From contig OX638153.1 of NCBI GenBank assembly GCA_951804945.1, positions 29,946,001 through 30,010,000 of the forward strand: a DNA stretch of 64,000 nt, read 5' to 3'. This document shows positions 11,701 to 23,760 of the stretch, piece by piece. The position numbers were made by a program, and so were the translations under genes. Each line of letters starts with the position of its first letter. Within the stretch, counting starts at the first letter, position 1. The stretch is from Podarcis cretensis (Eukaryota). The notes beneath the pieces are model-generated. The model did no database searches and was not told the DNA's origin. It saw nothing but the letters and a program-made list of their open reading frames with translations.

Positions 11701-14700
11701 ATGTAGCAGCTAACCAAACACTGCAGCAGTGAAGAGAGTAGAGTGGGAAGGAAGCTCATAAGCAGGAATTTTGGGGTTTGCCATTTATCCTAAGCAAATG
11801 GACTCTACAAAGTTGAAGTCCAAGGCAGCAGTTAAGCAGTAGAATAAGGGACAGGCAGAGCAGGAAGGAGGGCAAGGTTGCAGTGAATCGATCCAGCAAG
11901 TTGCTGCAGGAAAGTCCTAACAGTGATCACCAATGAAATGCCCAAGACCTAAACTGGCCTGGAAGAATTTACAGCTTCATTTAAAACTCCTAGCCAATTG
12001 GGAGACTTGGAGCTTCTATTTAATATGATTCCTCATTCGTGAAGCTCTTTGAGTTACAAATTCAAAAGAAGACTTGCTACATTATTAAAATACTAATTAA
12101 ATGTGGCCCAAATCCAAAGAAAGCTTAATATACAATTGAAATCAGGAGGACCTGTTACTTGCTGCTATTATATGTCCCATTAAGTTCAATGGGACCTCAT
12201 AGTGTGACTTTCTTTGGATTTGAGTGCAATGCAAAACATTGTGTTAGAAGAACTGGGGCAGTGGAAGAACTAGAGGCAAACGGGCAGAGGTCTTGTGTAG
12301 AATGGAGCATTTTTGGAAGAAAGGAGGACATTGTAAAGTTTGTGCTCCATACTAATCTTCAGTCGTAACCCCCACCCCAGGAAGCTGGTCATGTAAGGAA
12401 TAAATTATTAATTCTGATGTCCAGATATAAATAAATAAATAGAAGCACCACCTCCTCACAAAGATACAATGCACAAAACGCAATTTCACAAAGTTATACA
12501 AATGTCTGCAGCCAATCTAAAAACAAGAAAGAGGAAGCTACACATTACAGAGCCGTCCTTTCCCTAAGCTTCAAAGCTTGCCGAAGAGTGTTAGGGTAGG
12601 GCAGAAATGCCTCTCCACTGGTGGAAAGGAGCTTTGCCCAGGAGGGCAAGGGACATCTACTACACCCACGAAAAGCTCCTCTGGCATTGCCTGCAGTAGC
12701 TAACATGAGGGCCTGAAATGACATTCTGTGGGCTGGAATAAAGGAATCTCTTCATTCCTCCAAGAGGCTTCAGGCCTGGGCTCATCAACTACACCACATT
12801 GACGCTGTCATAGTCAATTCTCCCTCACTGCTTTCAGTGGGGTAGACGGCTTTACAAAATATGGATTATCTGGGCCAAAAAAATAAATACACCCCCTCAC
12901 AACATGTCTTGCTTTGTAATTGGTTGACAATCTACCACTTCACTCCCACCACCACGTATTTATTATATATTTATTTTATTTGCCACTTTCTACCCAAGTC
13001 AAGAGTGATTTGCAGCAGTCGAATTAACACAAATACGGTTCATACAAGTACAAAAGTTAAGATCAATAGCGGCACACTAAAAGTGACCATTCACTAAAAT
13101 CATCCTGCCCTTTTAACAGGGAGTGCTCCACCTTTCAGCTTATAATGTCAAGTTGCCACTGATGGTTCCAGTTACCATCTGGCCGGAGCTTATATTTATC
13201 TAAGCATTTATTGTTTTGCAGTGGTCCAAATGACATAATTAGCAAACCGTTCTGTTATGTGACTTGGGAATCTCACCACCACATTGCAAAACTTGTTAGA
13301 ATTCGCCTTTAATTTCTAATGGCTAGGGCTATATTTATTCCTCACACATACAATCTAGCTGTGGCTCTCTGGTAGTGTCAGCTTGCTTCCTTTTCTTTTT
13401 CGAGAAAAGTTGCTTTTCTCATTACCACTCAGTGCATAAGGGAGGTGCTCCGAAAGGATCTCTTAAAATTGGGTAAATGGGTTTTAAATTGGAAAATATG
13501 ACTCAATTAAAAGTGATGTACCTGGGACAAGAAATCCTAACTTCACTTATGCATTAATAGAGTCTGGACTGGTAGTTCCTGGCCAGGAAAGAGATGTTGG
13601 AGTCGTGATAGCTCAGGCTTCCTCAGCTTTGGCCCTCCAGATAGTTTTGGCCTACAACTCCCATGATCCCTAGCTAGGAGGACCAGTGGTCAGGGATGAT
13701 CGGAATTGTAGTCTCAAAACATCTGGAGGGTTGAGGAAGCCTGTGATAACTGAATGAAAATGACCTATTTATCTTTGTGCTGCTGATGAAAACTGATTTA
13801 GGCTGCACACTTACCTGGAAGTAAGCCTTATTTAAAACAATGGTATTTACTCCTGAGAAGACGTGTATACTGTTTGCTGGGCGCAAACACAGCAGCTGCT
13901 TTTTGGAGGAGGATAATTTAGTGCAAGGGAAGCGAACAAACAAAAACCTTTATAAATAAATAAATAAATAAATAAATAAATTCACACACACCACCTCTGT
14001 GGCTGCTATAAAGTAAAAAAACAAATTGTTGTGAGATGCAGTTCTAGATCTTCCAAGTCTCCTGTAATTTACTCCTAAGCATAATCAGTATTGTGAACTA
14101 CCAAGTATGTTCAGCTTTAATAACCTTAAAGTTGAGCTCTAGTGTATAGCAGATCTGTTGACCGTAACAGATTTGCGCCGACTCACTCTACATCTGAATC
14201 AGAACGTTGAAGGGAAGACAGAAATGTGCTACCTGCCCAGTGAAGGCACCATTAATCCAGCAACACTCAAGTTACAAGGACAGAACAAAACATCTTTTTA
14301 TGTTGGTGAAGCGTATCTGGAGACTTTTTCTTCCCTATGTTTTGTTATCTGACTCTTGTATTGCAGATGACTTTCCCACATTGAGTTTCGGTATATGCTC
14401 TGAAAATGCGTTCTCAGATTTCGCATGTGTAAACAATTATCTGTGTTTGAGTAGACTGGTAAAATCATTTGAGGGTCAATAATACATGAATTTTTGGCAG
14501 GTTGCCTAGGCTGGAGTTTGTGAAGTTCTTTTTTAAAAAAGTTACTTTGCTCACTGTAGAAGTTGAGCTGTATTTTTGCAATCAATGGGGCTTGCATTTG
14601 CTGTACCTGATGGGTGCCAGGTTCCTTTGTTCTGGGCCAAAACAAATATTTTTGTTAAGCTTTAAATATATTGTTATGAGAAGTGCCATGCCAGGAGGTG

Positions 14701-17700
14701 TGTTTCATTTCTGCCACCACAGATTGGTAAGCACTATATTCCTGTTGGTAACCAACCAATAATTGCTAGGTGCATGGGTTTCTGGTGCCAGGTCAACATA
14801 TTTATAGGATTGTTGAAGCAGAGATATGACTTTATGTTCACATTTGTACAGACACCAAACTAGATGTGTGGATACACCAGTGAGTGGAATACTTTCTAAG
14901 TAAAGATGGTACTTCTGAAAGCTGATGGCACAGACTTGTGCAAACAGAAGTCCTCCTGCAGTGCTTCTGCTGATGGAACTTGTTAGTGCATCCTGCTCAA
15001 AGTCTTTGCAATCCAAAATAGCTATGGATATGAACAGTGACCCCAACTGTTGTGAAGTGTGTGTTTATCCCCTATATGATTCATTTGTGTAGATTAACCT
15101 TTATAAACAGATGGATAATCTTGATCTTTCAAGATGCCCTTTCATGATGGGTCCTGCTGTGTTTGTTAAGCTGAAAAATATGAGGGCTTGAGCAATGTGT
15201 TAACAACAGCCCGAGAGAAGCATCATTGGGAAGAAATTATGCCACCACACATGCTGATGCTGGTCTACCTTTTGTTTGAAACCTTGGCTTTTCCTGGAAA
15301 ACTAACTTTGTAATACTGTCAAAGATACAAAATAGCCATTTTAAGGTGTGCTCTGCAAGAAAATGTGAAACCAGCTTTTCCATTTACAGTAACTAGCACC
15401 AATGTTATACTATTCACAGTGTTTTTTTTCTTGAATTCCCGTTCCACACAAAGCAAGCTGACACTGATTTATACACCTGCTGGTAGTAGCTTAGCAACGT
15501 CATAGAGGAAATTCTTAGGAACTTCTCTAAACACATTCTGTTAAACAGAACCATTGCCAGTTGTAAAACAGAGGTCAAGAAGTGTTTAACAACTTCTTCA
15601 AAAGGGACTGTTGTTTATTTTGTTGACTTAAAGAGAAAATAATCCTAAAGAGGCCTTTTCTTGCCCTAGCTGTAACACAAGACAGCTGTTTTGAGTAGGC
15701 TACATTTGATTTAAACCTCAATTATATTGCATTACTCATTGAATTGCATAAATGTCTTGGGAAGAGTCCTGTAACACCTTCTAAAATGTTTAAACAGACT
15801 GAGTGTTTCACATAGTTCCAAGGAAAACTTAGTGTTTTCACTTCATATGGTATGTATTTGGGAGGAAAACCTGAGAACTTATGTGATAGTCTAAGCATCC
15901 GAAGACACATATCTGCCTGCAGCATCTGCTTAACATGCTTCAAGATGTTTGTTTTTGAGCTACTAATTGCTAAAATGGCTTTTATTTCTTTAGAACTATG
16001 ATCATTTATCCATCATGCTGAAGCTAAAAGAAGCCAACATTTTGAAAGGGCATTAGGGGGAAAAAAAGAAATACTGTATTCCAAAGTAGAAAGGAAGTTC
16101 ATTTCTTCCCCCCCACACCCCTTTCTATTCCTTTTAGGAGATGTATCTCCAGTGCACATGAATCCCATTTCACAGTCCCAGTTCGTTCCTTTGGCAGAAG
16201 TCTTGTGTTGTGCTATATCTGATATGAATGCAGCTCAAATTACCGTTACACAGGAAACCTTACTGGATCAGCTGGGGAAACATTACCCAGGTAATCTGTT
16301 AAATCATGGGTTGTTGACACTTCACATAAACATTGGACTCAAGGGGGTTTGCAGCTAGCAGAGTGAAAGAATGCATGCTGTCTGGGACCAGGAAAGCAAT
16401 TAGAATTCCCTTTGTAAATCAGCAGATGAAAAACAAAACACAGGATCTAAGTGTTCTAACTCACACTGCATTACAAATCCGGGCTGCCAGCTTGCAGTCA
16501 TCAAAATTCATGGGGGTTGAGGGGAATTAGATATCAGGAGCATAAAGATGGTTGTGTGAAAAGAATGTGGGCAAAGAATATACCAGATGAGCAAACCTAC
16601 ATCCAAAAACTTTTAAGTAGTCTTTAGTGTGTGTATTTTTTTAAAAAAAAGATCCCTCATTAGGCAGCACCCAGGTGCCTAATAATATAATATCCAACTT
16701 TCCTTCACACTTGAGCACAGGAATGAGAAGCCTGCGTCCCTCCATACTTTGTTGAATTTCATCTCCTATCAGCTGCAGCCAGCACAGCCAATGGTCAGAG
16801 ATGGGAGCTGTAGTTTAACAACATCTGGGGGGCCACAGGTTGTGTTCCCCTACCCCAGCTTAGCATGAGTGAGAAACAGAACCCAGGATGAAGCAGTGCA
16901 GATATGAGATGGGTTGATTCTCAGCGGCTGAAACCCCTAGAGATGGAGCAGATCCACACACCTCTTTTTTCTTCCCCCTCATCAGAATGAATGGCAGCCA
17001 TTCTGTGTGGCAAAAGTAGCATGCTGGAGACAGCTGTAAATATCGGCACTGAATGGCCTGGCCCTTGTACACTTTGTGTCTGCAGCGTGGAGAGCATGCA
17101 GGAACCTCCACGCAGGAGACTCCTGTGTCAGTCTTCCTTCCATGTATGTCCCACTCATCATAACTGCAGGCAGTTTGCTGATTTACAAATAAATGGATGT
17201 TATGAGGCTTCACCATTACAAATCACTCTTTGCTGAACTGGAGCGGTAAACTTGCCTTTTGCTTAGTCTAATTGAGGGAAATGAAGTTGTGGGAGGTGGC
17301 TCATATTAAAACAATGAGTTTAGCTACATCTGTGCAGAATGTGCCTTTCCCTCCTGGACTGTGGCAGAAATCAGAACCTGACTGCACTTCCATTTTTGGG
17401 CCCAAGCACTTTTCTTGGTTGCAAATATATTGGCAAATTGCCAATTCTGCACTTCACTTTGCTTTGTTGTACTGCCCATACTCTTGAGTCAAAATTCACT
17501 ACTAATCTGAAGGGAATTGTAGGATGTCAATGCCGAGTAAGCCCCCTTTGCCCTACCAAGCGTGTTTGCTTCTTAACTCTAAAAATGGCTCAGTAATTTG
17601 TGTGGTGGGGTTTCACTAGCCATCCTGGGGACTCCAATGAGCCTGTAAGGATTGATGACGGATTTTGTCTGCAGGTCACGCATTTGAAAAACCTTCAGTT

Positions 17701-20700
17701 TGGAAGCATTCTAAATGAGTATTTTATTGTTCATGTTTTAAAGCAACCCCTTTAGTGTGTATTTGCTGCCCCCTCTTGTCCAACCGGGAGAAGGCATATT
17801 GCCTTTAGCATTAAAGGAAGACAATTGTTCCATATAAAAGTCTATGGTGCATCCATATAAATAAGTTAAAGTCAGAAATCAGTTAGCTGTAAGCAATTAA
17901 AATCAGAAATCTGTTAGCTGTAAGCAATCCCCCCCCCTTTTCCATTTGGAAAAAGATTGGGGCTGCAGTTGTATGTGCACTTACTGAGGAACAAGTCCCA
18001 TGAAACACAACAGTAATTTAGTCTGTGAAAGCACACACAGGAGCAGGCTATAACAGTGGTTTACGGCATAAATTTGTTCTGACCCAGAAATGTGGTAAGA
18101 TAATTTTTTTATTATTATTCACTATGCCACAGAAATGACTAATATTATGCTATCATCCCTTTTATTCTAGGTATTGCAACTCCCACACATGATATTCTAT
18201 ATAGTACACTTGGGATGCTAATTAAAGAACGGAAGATATATCACACTGGGGAAGGATATTTCATAGTGACCCCAAATACATATTTTATCTGTAATAATGC
18301 TATGAAAAACAACAAGAGGGTCCTTTTGGAAGATAATTGCCCTCAAGAGCCTTCTGTTACATACCTTGTAAGCGTGGAAGATGCTGCAGAACTTCTACAA
18401 AATAATTTCCCTATTGCATCCCATTGCAGATCCTGCCATTGTTTCCCTGGGCAGAGTGCAGTCAATGAGCAACATGTCAGCCCTCAGCCTAATGGGAAAA
18501 GTCAAAAAGGGTCTTGTGAATCCAGATTTTCAGTTCAGAATCAGGCCACCAATACACTTGTTGAGAACCGTTCTTGTGGAGCTGCTCACTATATGCAGTC
18601 AGGGAAAGAGAAGGAGAAGATTAAGAAGTTTGGTCTTAGCCTTTTCTGGCGCAACACTTCCAAGAAAGAAAAACCAAAAAAAGTGCACACTTCATTTTCC
18701 GCCCAGTTTCCTCCTGAAGAATGGCCAGTCAGGGATGAAGATAATTTGGATAATATCCCACGTGATGTTGAACATGAAATTATCAAACGCATTAACCCTG
18801 TGCTGACTGTGGACAACTTAACCAAGCACACTGCACTGATGCAGAAAATAGAGGAGCAGAAAAAATATATCAGTAAAGGAACCTCTACAGAAGTGTTGAC
18901 AATGAAGCACAAACATCTTCCCAAAGGGTTCACTCAGAAAAAACAAAATAAAGCTGCAAAGCATCGCAGGAAACTGCAGTCCAACAAAGAAAAGCACGTT
19001 AATAAGTCATCAAGGGAGTTTAAAAGTGATGACCAAATACCAGCTAATAGCAAACTGGAAAACTGTATTGAACATCCATCATATTGTATTACAAATGAAA
19101 CTATAGTTTGCAATCAGCAGTTGTGTGAGGATGCAAGCAACGTTGAATCTCACTTTATATACAAAAAAGAAGTTACTAATCCATTTAAAGATATTTCTTG
19201 TAAAGGGAATAGGTCAGCGAAAGGACATAGGAGTCAGAAAAACTATGATGTAAAGTTTGGAGCTCCAAGATCAGAGAAGAATTTCCCACAGTCCTGGTCT
19301 CTGGATTCCTCAAGAACTGTGGACTGTAAAGCTAAGCAGTCAGCCAGCATCAAATGTGACGCTGAAGACGACAAAATGAAACAGTTAAATTACCTACAAT
19401 GCAAGGTTTTACAAAAAGAAGTCAAATATAGTTGTCTGGAGGAAAGTGCAGCTTGCAAAGGTAATTTGCATAGAAGGGCAACCCCAAAAAGTATGGAGAT
19501 GCAGGCAGTGTCTAACACTGCATTTGTGGATGAAGCAGTAGTGGAGAAAATGCATCCTCAGAACTCCAGTCAAACTCACCAGTGTGATCAAACTGGCTTG
19601 CTGGGTCAAACAGCACACCAACTAACTGATACCCATCTTCCCAGTGAGGGAGATGCTCAACAATTTAAACAATCTGAAAATATTGTTGCTCACAGACAAA
19701 ATGATAATTTAAAGAGTGAGTGTACCAACATGAACAAATGGCTTGAGTCTGTTAACCCACAAAATGAAAAATTCACTTATGATAAACCAACTCCGTATCA
19801 AGAATTGGATGATGGTAACACTTGTAGTTCTCTATATCATGGTGATGAAGAGCAACATGATGTGGATTTGTCCAAGCTGCAATCCAGCCAACTCCCATAT
19901 AATTATTCAGATACAGGGAAGTGGAACAGCATAGAAGAAGAACAACTGAGCTCAACTGTGTTGGGAAATGGAAGTGTTAATTCTGACTTCTCAAGGTACA
20001 GAATTGATACAGATGGGGTTGGTCCCTGTGAGTGTGAAGAAAATGAATTCCTTGGTTTTTCTAGATCTAAGGATAGCTTAAAAGAATATCAGAAGATGAG
20101 CCTAGAAGGAGGAAGTTGTGTGTGCCACCAGCTATCTCAGTTTGCCTACAAAAGCAATGAAGAGCGAGAGGATGTTTATGAACATGGGCAGACACCTGAT
20201 ACTGCTGAACCCTGTTTGTTTGATTTCTATGATGTACATGAGGCAGAGACCAGAGTTTGGCAGAAGTCAGTACATGAAGTGGGTGGAAAATTAGCATCCT
20301 TGATGCTGCCACCAAAAGGCTGGGAAATTAAGACAAATGATACGAGAAAGCAACAGTTGTTGGATAAAACTGATGCTGCAGTTCTAGATCAGTGTGTCCA
20401 GTATGAGCAAAACCACTTGGAAGGGACGGGAAACCACAGCATAACAGGAGACAGCGGGATAGATTCTCCAAGGTAAGAACAACTGTTACAAGTGACTTTC
20501 TTAAACACAAAGAATGTTAATGGTATTTCTTGTACACATATGTGAATCGTACTTTAAGGGATTTTTTAACAGGGCTTTCAGCTGTGCACTGGAAAAATGC
20601 AGATTGCCTATTGGCATAGATAACTCTCAACTCTGTTCACATGGGCCTTTCAGGATCTTACAAGGCTGGGAAAGCACAGTCCTATAATGAAACATGGCAT

Positions 20701-21632
20701 TTTCCTTGTCCTTGAATGCAAGGAGTCCTCATGAATGCTTGGATAACTTTGCCCACTTAAACAAACTTTAAAATGCAATGCTGTAATTGTCACATGTGTA
20801 TAAATGGTCAAATCATGTATACCACTACTAAATTCTGAATGGCAAAGGTAGGCCATTATATTCAGTCAATCCTGATGTAAGGGACCTTACTACATGCCCA
20901 AGTGTCTGCAGGGATAGCAGGTGGCAGTACAGAGTACTCTTACTGCAGCACAGCAGGTGGAAGAAGTCCTCTTCTCAGTACTGTCACTGTACACTTGCTT
21001 CTGTTGCTCAGGAACAGCACCGATAAAGGAAAGCGGAAATCGGGTACTGCAGGAAGGCAAGAAAAGGCCAGGCAAGATATCCCAGTAAGTGGGTCTGGGC
21101 AAACTGTTGAGTTAAATGATGTATACTATCCTTCACCAACCTGGTGCCCTCCATATGTTTTTGGCCGTGGCTGATGAGAGTTGTAGTCCAAAACATCAGG
21201 AGGGCATCAGGTTGGTGAAGGATGATGTATAAGGAACACTTGCTGGCTGCATCATATTATGACTCCATATTCCTTACCCTTCAATTGAAATAAATACTAT
21301 AATTTCCATAATATTCTTGAGCTGATTCAAAATAAAAATGACTTTTTTGTACTTGTGTGCCACCCAGTATTTCTTTTAGTAATTTATGTAGAAATAAGTC
21401 ACTCTGAATGTTTGAATGTGGAAAAATAGGTTTCTTATTTAATTTTCTGTTTTACAAAATAATAATTTTTAGAACACAAAGTCTGGCATCTGCGAATTCT
21501 GCCATCTTAGATGGACTGAAGAAAAGACGAAGTTTTCTCATGAACTTGGAAGGCATAGAGAAGACTATACATAATGGAAAGACTCTGACACGAAGCTCCT
21601 TGCTTCAGTTGACTCCAGTCATGAACGTTTAA
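2138..21632 (+). CDS. STOX1: Storkhead-box protein 1 (winged-helix transcription factor), complete 4-exon CDS, 995 aa
   Basis: Exons 2138-2510, 16138-16290, 18171-20472, 21473-21632 join with GT-AG introns into 2988 nt. Motifs match recalled STOX1: [84 protein letters not shown]-terminal LTPVMNV. Position next to DDX21/KIFBP fits the known synteny. Confidence 0.97.
5434..5783 (+). mobile_element. Sauria SINE, full length
   Basis: Starts GGGACGCGGGTGGCGCTG, closely similar to the copy at 169; perfect 13-bp TSD tattttattgcaa at 5421-5433 and 5784-5796. Confidence 0.92.
5849..6155. mobile_element. hAT-type non-autonomous DNA transposon
   Basis: Ends CAGGGGTAGGCAA / TTGCCGACCCCT; 8-bp flanks gattatag/gattacat. 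Confidence 0.72.
7011..7218 (+). mobile_element. tRNA-head SINE (Squam3/MIR-like)
   Basis: A box GTGGTGTAGTGG, B box GGTTCAAATCC, body gtgaccttgggcc...acctcacag, AT-rich tail; related copies at 33324, 54744 and 8528. Confidence 0.75.
8528..8712 (+). mobile_element. Degenerate copy of the same tRNA-head SINE
   Basis: ttggccatgaagctcactgggtgacc...acagggttgctatgagg...ttggaggagagg. Confidence 0.55.
9602..9919 (-). mobile_element. Tc1/pogo-type MITE, copy A (with internal tandem duplication)
   Basis: TIR CCGTATTTTTCGCTCTATAAGA-like at both ends, TA flanks; reverse complement of the copies at 25902 and 40915. Confidence 0.85.
11192..11439. mobile_element. Tigger-like MITE
   Basis: ta|CAGTTATACCTC ... 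GAGGTACCACTG|ta; CpG-rich interior. Confidence 0.75.
13614..13743. mobile_element. hAT-type MITE, related to 520-660
   Basis: TIR CAGGCTTCCTCA / TGAGGAAGCCTG; 8-bp TSD tgatagct/tgataact; ctacaactcccat interior. Further fragments near 16740-16845, 21130-21220 and 35815-35892. Confidence 0.8.
13953..13980. repeat. (TAAA)n microsatellite
   Basis: Read directly. Confidence 0.9.
16138..16290 (+). CDS. STOX1: STOX1 exon 2 (start of winged-helix domain)
   Basis: cttttag|GA GAT GTA TCT...KHYP G|gtaatc; 153 nt. Confidence 0.96.
18171..20472 (+). CDS. STOX1: STOX1 exon 3
   Basis: ttctag|GT ATT GCA; contains the 753-aa ORF of the track; donor AG|gtaaga at 20473. Confidence 0.96.
21473..21632 (+). CDS. 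STOX1: STOX1 exon 4 (last coding exon)
   Basis: tttag|A ACA CAA AGT; [19 protein letters not shown]...[10 protein letters not shown], stop TAA 21630-21632. Confidence 0.95.
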
Positions 21633-21810
21633 TTTTTCTTATCAGGTTTTGATAATTCCTTTGTAAATATGTTAATATATTTACTGTAAATTCTTTGAAC
21701 TGTCATATACATTAAAGTAGGTAAGATCATTATATTCTCGTAATATGATGTATTAAAACTTTGTAATAAGCATTTTTTCCAGTGACTTTTTCTAATGTTT
21801 TATTTCTAGT

Positions 21811-21816
21811 AATAAA
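21811..21816 (+). terminator. Probable STOX1 polyadenylation signal AATAAA (ATTAAA also at 21711)
   Basis: First AATAAA after the stop, in an AT-rich 3' UTR. Confidence 0.55.
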
Positions 21817-22069
21817 TTATATTGCAGAATTGATGATCTCAAGTTGCACTTCATTCCGATTGTCTCCACAAACCATTTAGGATGCCAACTTGTTCCAAGA
21901 GTCCCATGACTGTGCTAGATCAGTCCAAGCAATGATCCTAAGGGTATTTACTGATGCACCTCAAACCAGGAATTAGTGCGCACGCACGCATGCACACACC
22001 CTTAGCTGTGCAGTGATTCCAGTGAATTTGGTGGTCAGGATAGACGTCCCATCTTCACATAACACAAGT

Positions 22070-22332
22070 TTATTTCAATTTGCTGCCACAAGGAGATGAT
22101 GGCCACTGGCTCAGATGCGTTTTAAAGGGAATTAGGCAAATTCACAGGGTACAAATCTAGCTGATTTTAGCCATAACAGTTAACTAGAATATCTGTGTTC
22201 AGAGACAGTGTATCTGAATACCAGCTGCTGAGGACATACAATACAGAAGAGAGCTGTTGCCTGATTGGTTACTGTGGGAAGCAGTAGGATGCTGCACTAG
22301 ATTTGTCTCTTGAGAAATTCTTAAGATTCTTA
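22070..22332 (+). mobile_element. Old CR1-type LINE 3' end
   Basis: gatggccac...ttttaaagggaattaggcaaattca...aggatgctgcactagat...ttctta tail. Confidence 0.55.
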
Positions 22333-22380
22333 AGGTATCATTAGAATAAGGTCAACTTAGGAAATACATGATCGTAAAAA

Positions 22381-22476
22381 AAGAGCCAACTCCAAGGGGC
22401 GGAGGGGTCTTCGCCCCCCAAATATAATATTTGAGAGGACCAGGCCCCCTCCAAAGTTGATGGGCATTGCCATTTA

Positions 22477-22511
<35 letters not shown>

Positions 22512-22588
22512 CGCCTCATCCCGTGATTCAATTATGCGGGGCAGGGCTTACCTGGGCCCTCCATATTTTATTCAAGTTGGCCCCCCTG
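22381..22588. mobile_element. MITE-like interspersed repeat containing a (GT)n microsatellite
   Basis: Ends gagccaact / agttggcccccctg are partly complementary; (GT)15 at about 22479-22508. Confidence 0.5.
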
Positions 22589-22799
22589 CTCTGGGCATAT
22601 GCAGAGTGCAAATTCTTCAGCGAAGCGGGGGGGGGCGTTTCCTTACCAAAACCCTACTCATTTTAAAGTTTTGACTTTCGGCTACTTTAAAGCGTGGGAA
22701 GTGGGGTGGCGGTGGTGGCTGCAGCACATAATCGAGAAGTGGGGGGAGGGGTGCCAGCCCAGTTTGATTCAGCCAAGTTGCCACATATCTCTCTTCTTT

Positions 22800-23760
22800 T
22801 CACCGCTGGGATTTACTGCTCGGCCTCCGGCAGCAGCGACAGGACTCGGTGCTGAACGGTACGGAAACCTTTCGTCTTCACCCCCGAGGCCGCCCTCTCG
22901 CCTGCCACCTAGTGCGGCGGCGAAAGGCAGAGCCAACGCGGAGAAAGACGGCGATGACTCACCGAGGGGGGGAGTGTCCGTTTACCGCGCTTCACCTCAG
23001 GGGAGGCGGAGCAGCGGGAGCTGCTAGCCGGGGACAGTCGTACTCGCCGCCTGGGAATGGGCTGCCTCGGCCGCTGCCTCACGCAGCACTGCGCCCGCTC
23101 ACCGGCCCTGCAGGCTTTGGGCCTCGTCCGCTCCCGGGCTTTGCCCTCCTCCCGCGCCACCAGCGACCGCTCGGCTTCCTCAGCCCCGGGCCTCCCCACG
23201 CTTCGCTCCCTCTGTTGGCAGGGCTGGGCCTGGCCAAGAGCCGCCTCCCGCAGCCAAGCGCCGCCTCGCTTCCTCGTCAGCAGCGCCGCCGGGGCGGGGC
23301 TCTTTCCTTTTACCCCGGCGTCGGCCTGGAGCAGCCGCTTGTGCCACCACCTCAGCGGAGAAGAGTCCCAGGAAATGCCCGCAGCCCCCCGGCCAGACTA
23401 CGAGAGCGAGGACGAGATGGAGCCCCGCACCCCGATGGACGCCGAGGCCGCCCTGGAGGGCAGCGGCAAGAAGCGCAAGGTATCCGGGGAGAGGGAGAAG
23501 GGGAGAAGGCGCCGCGCCGGGCCGGGCCGGCTGGGCCTCGTGGCCGCAAGTGGAGAGAGGCGAGCCGGGCCCGGGAGGAGGAGGAGCCAAAGGCGGCTTC
23601 TCTTCCTCAGCCGCGGCCCTCGGCGGCCGCGTAGTCGAATTCTCGCTTCTCGGAAGCGCAAGGGCGCGTGGGGCGAGCCGCTGCCACGCGGCTGCCTTTA
23701 ACAACGTGGGCCTCGCCAGTCTTGCTTCGCTCCTCCAACTCCCCCCCCCCCCACGCCGAA
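22800..23760. promoter_or_regulatory. CpG island / DDX21 promoter, with GC box and TCT(5'TOP)-like initiator
   Basis: CpG-dense; GGGGCGGGGC 23291-23300 directly followed by CTCTTTCCTTTT 23300-23311. Confidence 0.8.
23375..23479 (+). CDS. DDX21: DDX21 exon 1
   Basis: gaaATGccc [14 protein letters not shown]...GKKRK|gtatcc, phase 0. Start choice is inferred; an in-frame upstream ATG exists at 23057. Confidence 0.8.

Noticed and set aside
17866-17928. 31-bp tandem duplication (similar ones at 58022-58049 and 62651-62680)
   Set aside because: Ordinary slippage duplications with two copies and no spacer structure.
18381-18933. Alternative-frame and antisense ORFs inside STOX1 exon 3
   Set aside because: Overlap a clearly conserved coding frame; no independent support.
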